Source: Schmidtea polychroa (taxonomy: Eukaryota). From it: a DNA stretch of 64,000 bases. The translations under genes were made by a program, and so were the position numbers. Of this stretch, positions 52,016-64,000 are shown in pieces. The notes beneath the pieces were generated by a model. It was given only the letters and a program-made list of their open reading frames with translations. It was not told the DNA's origin and made no database searches. How positions within the stretch are numbered: position 1 is the first letter of the stretch; the number at the start of each line of letters is the position of its first letter. The stretch covers positions 43,526,001-43,590,000 of the forward strand of contig CM097885.1 of the NCBI GenBank assembly GCA_044892525.1. Direction: 5' to 3'.

Positions 52016-53799
52016 AATGTCGTTTTCAATAAAAATTTTATGCAAGTTTGAGAGCTGTAAGAAATAAGTTAAATAATGCATATTATATTACTTAATTAAT
52101 TGACTAATTTAAATATTTTATATTAATTAATTTAGAATTTAATAAGTATGGTATGAAAATAATATATGAGCAATTTAAATGTAAGTATAATTATAATATA
52201 ATTATATAATTAAAATTAATAGAATGATTGCAGAATAATTTTTCTTGCTCAAGATATTGTTGTTTGAATATTGTGAATATTTGAATATCGTGAATTTTTA
52301 ATTAATTTAAATGGATAACATCAATCCATCCAATCTAGCAAGAACCATATTTATTTTGAGACCTCTTCACTCCTAAAATCTATTTGTTTTCAGGGATATT
52401 TGGGTTGAAATATGTTTTAAGACCCCCTTAAAGTACTTTTTAAAATTATTTTTTTTGTTTAAATGAAGTGATTTAATTTTTTGTTTAAATTAATTGAAAT
52501 AATATTTATATTTTTTAAATTAATATTTATTTAAGTATTTTTCTCTCGATATTTTTGCACTCAGGATTTTTTGATCGAATGTCCATCTGAAACTAATACT
52601 ATTGTCAGAAAGTTTTTTAGTCTCGATAAAAAAACTAATTAATTGAAAAAACCTTAAAATTAAAACCCTAAGTATTTTGTAGAATATGTGTTATAAGTTA
52701 ACAAATGAACCGTAAATAATAAATTTCACTTCTGGCTCCGATAGGAAAAACGGTAAAATTTCCGATGTTATTAGTTTTTAGTGGTTTGTTGATTGAAACA
52801 ATTTAGTCGAGTTGTGTTGCTGTTTAATAATAATAAATTTGCAATTCTTGTGATACTGATAATATAAAATATTTTAGTGTTGCTAGATGTTCCGGTTCGG
52901 TGTGGTAAAAATCTGGCAACCGTAATTTGAGTTATTAAAATTATTTAAGTTAATTTTTCCAGTCATGGTAAAAATACAAAATATACCAATTTAACTTTTC
53001 GCCACCAAGAATTCGGCCATAACTATACTGTAAAAAACAGGTTAAATACATCGAAACAATTAATAGAAATACAAATTCAAAAAGTATCTTTAATTATATT
53101 ATGTTGCAGTTTAATCTTTCACTGATTTTTATACAATGCATGAATAAATGAAAGCTTTTTTGCGATCCCAACAATCGTATGAGTAGCTAATAGGTTGGGT
53201 CAAAGGTTATTCATGTTTCTATGGGAATATTTTATTTACACAAATTATTATAACACTGATCATATTATTCCTCGAAATACGATCCATCATTATCAGTGAC
53301 TCGAAGCTATCTTTCTGCCGATTACTCAATTCCATAGTGATACTACTCATGAGTCTTTGAGGCGAAAAACTTTTACATCTTCCTCTGAACCAAAGCGTCT
53401 CATTTGTAAAAAGTGTGAAAGAAACCGATAAAAATGATAATCAGAAAGGGCAATACGGATGACAGGGAATGACTTAGATGCCTTACATATCCTGAATTTC
53501 TTGCTTCATCATAGCAAATTATGAGTCGAACACAAATACAATAATATAAAATTTTATCTTTAATTACAGTAGAAAATTTTAGAATTTTGGTAATATTATT
53601 TTCAATCGATATAGTTTTTAAACTTGAAAGTTAAAAGGTACATATAAACCTAAAGAATTTATTTTTAGAATCCTTTTTTACACTTTTTCACTTCACCCGA
53701 GTCGCCAACCTCTTCTTCCACGTCATCTTCTCCTGAATGCAATCCAAAATACCAAAGAGCAAGCACTACAACAACGGGTTTACTAGTACTAAAAAACAA

Positions 53800-54870
53800 C
53801 ATTTCTACACATAAAGCACATGACGTTCTTGCAACAATTGCTGAATAGGGTCATGATGTGCCTGTTCCAAATCAGCGGGTGTCTGGAAACGAGTAATCTC
53901 TGAAGGACAAAAAATGAAAACCAAAATTCTTCAAAAACTTCACAGCAAAGATCCCTATTGTCTCCAGTTTGATGGTAAAAGACTGCAAGGGGAAGAGAAT
54001 CAAGTAGTTATGCTGAAAAAGTTTACAACCGAAATCAAACTCGGTATTCTTAAATGTGAGAGGGGTTCTGCCGCGGCCATTCACAAGGAACTACATCAGC
54101 TATTTGATGAATACGATGCTTGGAAAATTATTTCTATAACAATCTGCGACACGACCGCAGTAAATACTGGTCGTTTGCACGGGATAGTAAAGCTCATACA
54201 GGATAAGGTCTTGAGCAACGGCTTTTAGAAGCCACAATATATTGGCTGTCAGCACCATGTACTTGACCTCTTTCTGAAGCATGTCATGAATTTTCTTATT
54301 CAAGAGCCAACGAGCCAACCAGAACTCAGCTATTCCTTATTGACAAATTAACAGAAAACTATGTCTCTCTTCAGGCTGATTACCGCCTCGTTACAGATGA
54401 TGTTAACACAGGCGAGAACCCTGGATAACGAGATGATTTTAAATTCTTATATGAACTATGTCAGGAATTTCGTCATTACAAAACAACTTCATATTGGCCT
54501 AGAATCAGCTGAAAGAAACTCCTAAATTTACACCAGGCAAGATGGAACTCACGTGTGATATATGGTGTTAAAGCATTATTTCTGATACCAGAGTGGCGCA
54601 GCATCCTCACTCCAGAATGCGACTTCATCCATTCACAACACTACAATGAAGCGTCCTTCAATGAACTGTTTACTTCACTCAACAATATAAAATGTAAGAA
54701 GGCAATTAAGTTTTTAAAGACGTATTGGTCAACCGAGGAATCAATAATTGGCATTCCCAGATCTAACCAAATTGCTGAACGTGCTGTAAACTGGAGGGGG
54801 AACTTCATGTGAAATCGAGAACAATTGAATTTTTGAAATTGAAGTTCATAGGAAAAAATATTTTTTAAAC
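53800..54870 (+). mobile_element. Decayed DDE transposase, hAT-superfamily-like, in PAM intron 1
   Basis: LQFDGK, ICDTTAVNTG, YIGCQHHVLDL (CxxH), LHQARWNSR and SNQIAERAV across stops and frameshifts. Element ends not determined. Confidence 0.7.
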
Positions 54871-55104
54871 ATTACTAACTGTTCTGTATCTTATTTCTTA
54901 ATAAAAGTTGCTTAGTTATTACTATTACTCTTTTGAATAAAGCTAAAAAGACGTCCTTCTTTTGAAAAATTATTTCTTCACTTTCTTCTTCCACAAAGGG
55001 GAACTTTTTTTAAAAAAAATCAAAAATACAATATATATTCTTAAATTATACATAAACTTTCCTTGATTGCAAGTGGTTTCACAAAGAATTTTTTTGTTAT
55101 TACC

Positions 55105-55163
<59 letters not shown>

Positions 55164-55774
55164 CATCGCTGCTTTTTACCTTAAAAGAGTTTATGAAATG
55201 AAAATTTGCCTATTTTCTTTGTGACTTTCTCAGACTAAAGTCAAACGTTTCCGAAAAATGAAAATATCTTCGGATTGTGACTTTGCCCGATTGAGCTCAT
55301 AAAATTAATTCAGATCCATTATTAGCTGAATTTATAAGAGTTCGATCTGAAGCCAATTTAGAATATTTTCTGAATGAAATTGCCAAGAAATTGGGTACTG
55401 ATGTTATTCCAAAATAATATATATTTCGTAAAATGTTGGCCATTGTTTAACTCAAGTTCGTAATTATCAAGAATCTCTACTAAAACCCTATAATTTCTTG
55501 CTACAAAAAAGTTACTGTCCCTAATTGTTTCTAGATTGACTCGTTTAAAGAAGAATTTCGAATTTCCATATTCAGGGTATTTTTTTCATTGTAATCTTTA
55601 TGCATTTGTACTATTGAAATATCAGAAGATATCGTTTATTTTGAACGTGTGACTGATGGATTTTATGACTCAATAGGTTTTCTGTTTTTTTAAGTTGAAA
55701 GTATTGTTGTATTAAATAACATTTATTTTAAAATGTGTTTTATTTGTAAATTACAATCAAATTATTTATTTTAG

Positions 55775-56068
55775 GTACAAAGGAAACAGTGAAGCATACG
55801 CATTAGCTTTCCGAGTTCATGCACACGCCTTGGGTCGTTCCATCTCTGGATTCAAAGTTTCAATGAATGATGGTCAAATTGAACTAATAGGTAAAGGGAA
55901 TCCTCAGTGGCCTCAAACATTTTACAAATCTGCTCAAGTACTGATAAAACCAGGAGATATACTTATGGCGCGTTGTTTATTTGACTCGTCAGAGAGAGAT
56001 ACTGTTACACAGATCGGATCTACACATATGGATGAAATGTGCAATTTTTATATCATGATGGTTACAAA
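55775..56068 (+). CDS. PAM: PAM exon 2 (PHM C-terminal domain)
   Basis: Acceptor TTTTAG|G; AFRVHAHALG (CuM HxH), NPQWPQTFY, ARCLFDS and EMCNFYIM (CuM Met); donor AA|GTAAAT. Phase matches exon 1. Confidence 0.92.
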
Positions 56069-56437
56069 GTAAATGCTTTATTATATAATAATTGAATTGT
56101 CTAATTTTTGTAGTTATATTTTAAAAGAAATTTTTAATCTTAATTCTATTTCATTATTTTATTCAAATGTCTTTTGAGTCAGGTTTAAATTAAAACAGAT
56201 CAAATTTCAAATAATATATTTAAATAAAATTAGAATCTATTTTTCATTAAAAAGTTTTTTTCATTTTCAAAATTGTAATTATCACGATTAATTTAATTTA
56301 AATTTCATTTTCTGTTTAAAGATATTTATTATTATTTCAAAAATTTACTAAATGTATTTATGAGTGGTATATTGTGATAATATAACATTTCTATTGAATA
56401 TTAATAATGTGTAAAACTAAATATTTAGAAAAGATAC

Positions 56438-57254
56438 CCATGGGCGTTTATGCTAGTAGGCAAACCTAGGCGCAAATTTAGGGGCGCCAACCAAAGAAGA
56501 AAAATTTTATCAAGATTTATTTTTTAAAATTTTTATCAATTAATCATAATCTATTTTAAATTTATTGATAATCATAATTAACTTATAATCGAAATTAAGA
56601 ATTGAAAAATAATAATATTAATAATATTAATTTAATATACATTAAAATTATTCATAACCATTACTGTTCTACTACGTAGAAGAATTTTGTGCGATATTAA
56701 ATTTTCATAAAGTAATTGATTTCTATGGTAAGCGATTTTTACATTTCAGTAGTTAATTTTTTTACAAGGGTATTTTTTAAAATTTAGAATAAATTAAATG
56801 GAAGGCCGTATAAAACAGCGGTTATCAAAATAGAAAACTAGCAAAAGCAAAGCAAAATAAACTCAATGAAATCATTGAAAAATCCACTAAACTAGATGGT
56901 TTTTTAATTAAAAATAGCAGTAGCAGTAATTATAGAACATGTAAATATTGGTGTTTTTATTGTGAAAATACCAAACGAAACGGTAAATCACAATAGTAAA
57001 TCAAATAGACCGTCATCTTGCTACATGCCAACGGTGTGATAATACTACTACATATTTATGTAATAATAATAATTGCATTAGTCAAAACATCCCTACAGAT
57101 TTCGCGTCAAGAAGGTTTATGCTGACAAAGTAGCAAGATATTTAATTGCAAGTGTTTTTCGAAGAATATTTTATTGTTATTACTTTTATTACAAATTATA
57201 GGACGACGATTATTGATATGCCTAAAAGCGCCGTAGTCACAAATACGGCATAGG
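56438..57254 (+). mobile_element. Probable decayed hAT (Tip100-like) deletion derivative
   Basis: GC-rich left end (CCTAGGGCGCAAATTTAGGGGCGCC) and a SGYQNRKLAK...LDGFL fragment typical of hAT transposase N-termini. TSD not resolved. Confidence 0.35.
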
Positions 57255-57407
57255 ATACATGCCAAAATTTGTTTTCATTTTTAAAAAAGTGAAATAGGAA
57301 TTTGAAATGTGTAAACATAAAAATTGGCCATTACAAACATAAATACATTTTATATATTTAGGGTCATGTACTGACAATTGGTTTTCGTTAAACATAAGGA
57401 TTGCAAG

Positions 57408-57923
57408 CAGAGCTTTCCAACCGGTGTGTCGCGACACTTTAGTGTGTCGGCAGCGCTGCATAGGTGTGTCGCGTGAACATAATGAAAAGCCGCAGAGTCC
57501 CTTAATTTTATAAACTTTTTAACGATTAAAGCTTAAAAATGCTTGATGACGAAATGCGAGTCTCATTATCTAATATTCCACTAAATATTCAAAGGTTGTG
57601 TTCTTCCTATCCAGCTCAAATATCTCATTAAAATTGTAAATATATATTAGCGTTATTCAAATTTTTTAATTCTTAATTAATTACATATTGTTACTTATAA
57701 ACGATACCATCCACATTAAATCTTGGTTTCAGTCATGAACTATCCTTTTCTACCATTTATTTCGATATTTATATTTAAATGTTTCATTGTCTCTTGTATA
57801 ACGGTTTACCATATGGCGTAAGTTGTATGACGTCTGGTTTTCTGGTAAAACTGATTTGCTGTGTCGCGAAATGATGGAAGTCTAAAAAGTGTGTCACAAG
57901 CATGAAAAGGTTGGAAAGCACTG
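57408..57923 (+). mobile_element. hAT (Buster/Charlie-like) non-autonomous element
   Basis: TIR CAGAGCTTTCCAACC / GGTTGGAAAGCACTG; 8-bp TSD ATTGCAAG; internal transposase tail LDDEMRVSLSNIPLNIQRLCSSYPAQISH*. Confidence 0.9.
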
Positions 57924-58464
57924 ATTGCAAGAATAAATTAAAAGTTATTAACGCTAGCAAATATCAACAAAATGGTAATCTTAGCCCATAAAACGTTTTC
58001 AGTTTTATTGACAATATGTCACATTCGAGTTAAGAAGCTGTTATACTAAAATATTAATTTTTTTGGTAAAGAATGTAAGACCCAATACAGTTTTACCTAC
58101 GATGTTCTGATGCATATGTTAAGAGGAATCTCGGTCAGAAAATAATCAAATAAATATTTATGCTTAGGCAGAGTTTCAATTTTTTAGTACAAATTATTAT
58201 AGATCCACCTTACATGACGAGAAATACAACGGTAAAGTTAATATTTTAAAATTTCATTAATTTTCATTTCAACTATTTTTTCATATGCAAGTTTTCCACA
58301 CAAGTTTTCGACACTATTATTTTTAAGTGTTATATTTTGAAATCTGTGTCAATAATTCAAAAATAATTTTTAATCTATAACAAAGAATTGTTGGAATTTA
58401 GATATGTAACATTATACGACTTTCTTTTAGAAAAAATACTATGATCCTAATAAAATTATAATTC

Positions 58465-58495
<31 letters not shown>

Positions 58496-58719
58496 CTAAG
58501 TCCATTTATGTTAAGCCACTTTCAAAATAAATATTTTTACCATTCTATTAACCAACTAATTTTCGTTTTACAAAACCTCAGTGATTTTAAATATATTATT
58601 TATAATTTACTTTAAAATGAAAAGGTAACGTAAAAATGTATTTATTAAAATAGCTAGCTTGATTTTTTTGATTGATGAACTTGTATACCTTGTTTTACAT
58701 TTATTATGCACGGGACATG

Positions 58720-59471
58720 TAGTGGCGTAGCTATGGCGGGGCGGGGGGGGGGCGGGTCGCCCCAGGCGGCACTTACTCTAGGGCGGCATATTCGCGATGA
58801 GATCGTCTGTATGGTTCTTAAACCTGAATGCACTAAAATAAATATTTACGTATATATCCACGAATAACAAGAGCTTAACAATAACTTATTTATTATTTTA
58901 AGAAATGTTGAATTTAAGAAACTTGCCAGTCATAAAAGGCTGCCCATATAGATATAAATATTTTACCCTATCCGAAAATTTGGCGATATTTTAGAATCGG
59001 TAAAAGTCGAAATTTTAACAGATGTTTTCCATTATTTGTTCAAGTCGAGTAAGTGCTTCATGGTACCTAATAACAAAGAGAGTTTAGATTATATACAATA
59101 TTTTTAGTTGTTGGCTAATTTTATAATTAATTTATTTTGAGTTTTTTACTCTGTAATGATATGTTAATTTTGTCTTGTTTTATACTATTTGATATATTGA
59201 ATTCTATTGTATTATTTAAAAATTAAATATAATGATAATTTGACAATGCTTAATTTATTATGTTTTAATGTATTATAAAACACTTTGTTTAAATAAGAAA
59301 AAAATATTTCATACAAGAATAAATAGTGAATATAGTGAAGGGTATGTAGCGTATTTGGAAAGGGAGGCAAAATGGGCCGTCTGTTTTGGAAAGTTTTTAT
59401 TTTAAAAAATGTACAGGGGGCGGCAATTTTAAGGATCGCCCCGGGCGGCACATACCTTAGTTACGCCACTG
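58720..59471. mobile_element. hAT-type MITE
   Basis: TIR TAGTGGCGTAGCTA / TAGTTACGCCACTG; 8-bp TSD GGGACATG (58712-58719, 59472-59479). Confidence 0.9.
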
Positions 59472-59593
59472 GGGACATGTGAATGGAGTAGCAATTTACT
59501 TATAAATATGAACAGACTTTAAAGAGTTAATACTGTTACTGTTTTTACCTGCATTTTTAAAACAAAATTATTTAAAATTTTTTAATTCTTCAG

Positions 59594-59801
59594 AAATACT
59601 GGCGAAGAGAATAATTTTTCACAATGCGGCGGAAATGAATTCAAAGATTTATGGGAAAATGTTCCTAGTTATTCAATGGAATTTGATCCGCCAAATCCAA
59701 CATCCAAAATAATGTCTTCAAACTCGTTTCAGGATTCTAATTCTGATATTGATGTTCTAAAAATGGATAATCATTGGAAAGTAAATAAAAAACTAGGCGA
59801 A
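59594..59801 (+). CDS. PAM: PAM exon 3 (end of PHM, linker, start of PAL)
   Basis: Acceptor TTCTTCAG|A; open frame NTGEENNFSQCGGNEFKDLWENVP...HWKVNKKLGE; donor GAA|GTATGC. Phases fit both neighbours and give LGE-VSGV at the junction (cf. PAL LGQVSGV). Confidence 0.8.
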
Positions 59802-60175
59802 GTATGCTACATTTTTACAAATATTTAGCAAATTTTAAATTAACTATACTTTTTAAAATTATGCATTAACCCTAGAAAACATGGCTAGAAAAGCAAATTT
59901 TTATTTTATTGATATTCTAATTATATATAACGATAATATTGATCAAATTATTTTGAACAATTAAGTACTTATCCAATTAATAATTTGGAATCAAATAAAT
60001 TTACAAAAAATGTTAAATCATACATAAATATACCAAAGTTACAATTTCATTAGTTACTAATAAATGCCAACTTTTAAAGTTACCAATTACGACAGAAGTT
60101 AATATTTTCATATATATTCACAAAAGTATCCTTTAAATTCTGATGAACTTGATTTTACTCTGGACTGTCATTGTA

Positions 60176-60733
60176 TTCGGTTGTCCGGAAAGTCCTTTCG
60201 CTTTTTTACATTAGAATATAAAGCAGCTTATTTTGCACCAAGAGGAAATTTTAATCTAGTATATATTGACCATTTTATCCAATAATGATATGCCATCTCT
60301 CTGGAAATTTCATCATTCCAGCTTCATAAAATTCAATTGGTTCTCATCAATTTGAGTAGGTCTATCATAGCGCGGTGCATCTTGAATCGAGGAATTTCCG
60401 GAATGAAACTTCGTAAACCAAACCTGACAAGTGCGTTCTGTTATTGCTTCTGCGCCTTAAATTGCACATATCTTTCTACGTACTTCTGTAGCTCTTTTAT
60501 CTTTATTAAAATAATAAGGTAAGATATGTCGAAAATGTTCACTTTGATTTTCCATTTCTAAAATCAATCTGTTCAAAAATAATACAATCAATCAACTTGA
60601 AATTTTTACACAAAATAAACAACAGTCTGTACTATGAAAACATAATGCTGTTTCGCCTTTATTACAATTATACATAAAAAAACATTAACGCCATCTCTGA
60701 AAAAAATCCGAAAGGACTTTCCGGATAATCCAA
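60176..60733 (-). mobile_element. Internally deleted mariner transposon
   Basis: TIRs TTCGGTTGTCCGGAAAGTCCTTTCG / CGAAAGGACTTTCCGGATAATCCAA flanked by TA. Minus strand encodes MENQSEHFRHIL...ICAI*GAEAITERTCQVWFTKFHSGNSSIQDAPR (mariner HTH) and the C-terminus FYEAGMMKFPERW...NGQYILD*. Confidence 0.9.
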
Positions 60734-60995
60734 TAGAAGGTTGGCAAGTGAATTATTTTATCGAGATTTTATTAGATAACTTAGACTTTCTTTTATCAAT
60801 CACATTTGATAACTATTATAATTACAATTATTTTTTAGCTGTTTGCTATTTTAATCAAACTTTATGAACGTATTGTGACCAACAATTATCTCATCACATA
60901 GTCGAGAAATAAAGGAGTGCTACATTCATCTATGAAAAGAAACAATATTAAACACACATATATAAACATGTCTTAAAAAGTTTTTCAATTTGATG

Positions 60996-61533
<538 letters not shown>

Positions 61534-61750
61534 CTATAATAAATAACTATAATATAAGATTGAAATTAAATCAAAAAGTTTTATAATTTTATTAAATTGA
61601 GAATTTTTAAATGGCCCGGATCTTCTTATTTTATTTAGATTTCATTATCATATATTGACTTTCCTGGCAATTTCTTAGTTTACCTTTGTTATTTGTTAAA
61701 TATTTTCTTTTACTTTATTGAGATAATAAATGTATTTATCAATTTTTCAG

Positions 61751-62167
61751 GTAAGCGGAGTTTCAATTTTGTCTACTAAGCAATTGGAACTCGAATATTC
61801 AGTTCTCGTACTTCACCGTGGATCTCACGCATGGACACAAAAATCGTTCATTAAAGATGTTTATCAAGATGATTTAGATTCCCCTATATCTGATTATACA
61901 ATTGTTGAAGTAGATCCGATTTCAGGAAATGTCTTAAGAGAAGCTGCTCGTGGCATCTTTTATATGCCGCACGGTATAACTTCAACAAAGGATGGGAAAT
62001 ACCTGTGGATTACAGATGTCGCATTGCATCAAGTGATGCGTTTTAATGTTAGAGATGACTCTAAGTTAATTGACGAAAAACCAAGTATTATTCTTGGGGA
62101 GCGATTTGTTCCAGGGAGAGATAGAAACCATTTTTGTAAACCCAGTCAAGTTGCAATTGACAGCCGA
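61751..62167 (+). CDS. PAM: PAM exon 4 (PAL lyase domain, NHL beta-propeller)
   Basis: Acceptor TTTTCAG|GTA; VLHRGSHAW, FYMPHGIT, LWITDVALHQV, LGERFVPG and HFCKPSQVAID; donor CGA|GTAAGT. The gene continues beyond the recognisable exons. Confidence 0.9.
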
Positions 62168-62487
62168 GTAAGTAGTTTTAATATTTTTTTGAAATAAAAT
62201 TAATACTTCTATATATTATTGTAAACTAAATCCAAAATTTACTTAATGATATTATTCTAGCTACATTGAAGATAATTTCCATATTATAATTTTTATTTTT
62301 TAAGGAATTAGTTTAAATCCCAAATTTGTTATTACACCAAAGGGCAATTGAAAATGGCTAAATGGACATTGATTTTAAGATTAATAATATAAATAAAACC
62401 TACATATAATAAATGTGTGTGTGCGTCATAGCCAAAAATGACATTTAATTAAATCCATGACATTAAATAATGGCTTACATTATAGAC

Positions 62488-63062
62488 CAGGGGTGGCCAA
62501 CCTTTTTGGTAAAAGGGCCATTACAATAATTCGGCGGGCCGCAGGTTTGAAAGGCGTAAATTTTTAACTAATCCTTCTGTGCTAATTCCAACTAAGGAAC
62601 AGGAGAAGCGCAGTAATAGCCCGTAGTGGGGTCTGAGACAACCACTAAAAAACAATAAAGCATTTGCGTGCATGTTAAATAAATTATGCTTCTTAGGTAC
62701 AGGATAAACTGGCACTATTTATATTTGATAGCCCTGATTATAAAGCATAATGAATCGGGCAAATTTTCAAAATGTAGCATACAAAACTAATTGGTTAAAA
62801 TAGATAAAAATATGAAATAAACAATAAATTTTGTTCAATATTTACCGGCGGCCCATTATTACATTTTTTACTACAGTTCGTAAAGCTACCAACTGAAAAA
62901 AAGAAAAGAAAGAGATATTTAAAACTTTACAATCAAAAAACATTCTTGCACAAAAACATTACGTTGCATTTATTACATTTTTTGTATTATATCGTATTTT
63001 AAAAAGTTTTTATTATATTTTCAAAATATTAAAGCATGCGGGCCGTCGGTTGGCCACTCCTG
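62488..63062. mobile_element. hAT (Charlie-like) MITE
   Basis: TIR CAGGGGTGGCCAACC / GGTTGGCCACTCCTG; 8-bp TSD TTATAGAC. Confidence 0.9.
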
Positions 63063-64000
63063 TTATAGACGGATAGAAAAATTCACCGTTGGAAGAAAAA
63101 TAAATAAATACACACAAGTACGGTTCATAAAATCTACATAACGAAAAATACACAAAAGCGCATCTGATTATCATAAATGAGACATTCATTTAGCAATGTC
63201 AAATAAGCTTTGTTTTGGATTTTAAATATATTTTAAGTTTTTTTGATAAAATAATGAATAAAGAAGTAAGATATTTATTAATTTATTTAAATATACATTA
63301 AATTTTTCATAGTTCATCTAAAATATCCAGTATTTAGGGAAGAATCTTTAATATAATTATCAATAACTTTAATATGATTTTGAAATTACTATAGTCTGGT
63401 TTTCGAAGTTCCTCACTAACTGCTTGGGATATTGCAGTAAATCATACGTTGAAGGTAAATCTGTCTGGTAAATCCATCAACCGAAAAAACTTTAGTCCTT
63501 TCCCCATTTTTAATTTTGCTAAACACTTTCGATGGGGTAACTTTTCTATTTGAATAGTCAATGAAGATATATTATTATGAATAAATAAGCTCATCTTTGG
63601 ATATTGGGACCTCGGTTTGTTGGCATATATTCTATTACCTACTCGTGATCTACCGAAGAGCATTCATCTATGAATTTCTTGAAATGAAATAGTCGATTCT
63701 GATGAAGTTTCTGACATATTCTCGTATATTTTTTTATAATTAATTAATTTTAAATTGAAAATTTTTTGCTAATTGAATGTCCGCATGATAAATCAATGTC
63801 CTATAGTGTGTATTTTTTATTATAGAATTTTTGTGAACCGTGTTTGTATGTATTTATTTATTTTTCTTCCAACAGCAATTTTTTCTATCTTTCTATAGTG
63901 TAATTGCCAATTTAATGTCACCTTGCTAATTCAATGTTCCTTCTGGCTATGACACACACATTATTTATAGGTAAGTTAATATTTATATTATTAAAAATGC

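Noticed and set aside
63442..63720. Minus-strand ORF near the window end, and a candidate next PAM exon near 63875-63970
   Set aside because: No recognisable family. The expected PAL continuation (DGYCNSR-like) is not present and the candidate exon contains an in-frame stop.

Overview
Very AT-rich, intron-containing eukaryotic DNA, rich in (AAT)n and transposons. It looks like an invertebrate genome such as a planarian, but the species cannot be established from the sequence alone. One host gene is clear: four exons of a bifunctional peptidylglycine alpha-amidating monooxygenase (PHM + PAL, 50051-62167, continuing beyond). Its introns contain an HSP90 pseudogene fragment, a hAT-like transposase remnant, several hAT MITEs with 8-bp TSDs and a deleted mariner. 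The first 46 kb is almost entirely mobile DNA. It includes a compact decayed Ty3/Gypsy LTR element (3938-8452; TA...TA ends, tRNA-Leu PBS, 5-bp TSD) and decayed Polinton/Maverick genes (a protein-primed PolB fragment abutting a histone H2A pseudogene; two tandem penton-like genes plus a small core-protein-like ORF). The most notable features are two giant foldback elements, 11272-24202 (12.9 kb) and 29168-46231 (17.1 kb). Each is almost entirely one inverted repeat around a 0.7-1.1 kb spacer, has AGTAG...CTACT-type termini and is flanked by a perfect 6-bp TSD, which are Polinton/Maverick hallmarks. They have no intact replication or integration genes. They share a diverged central core and a recurring ~90-bp palindrome-containing motif, and carry different satellite-like arrays, one packed with TCAAGGTCA and ATGACTCAT sites. 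The best candidate for an undescribed system is a family of giant palindromic non-autonomous Polinton derivatives mobilised in trans. All protein assignments are by-eye motif recognition, not database searches.
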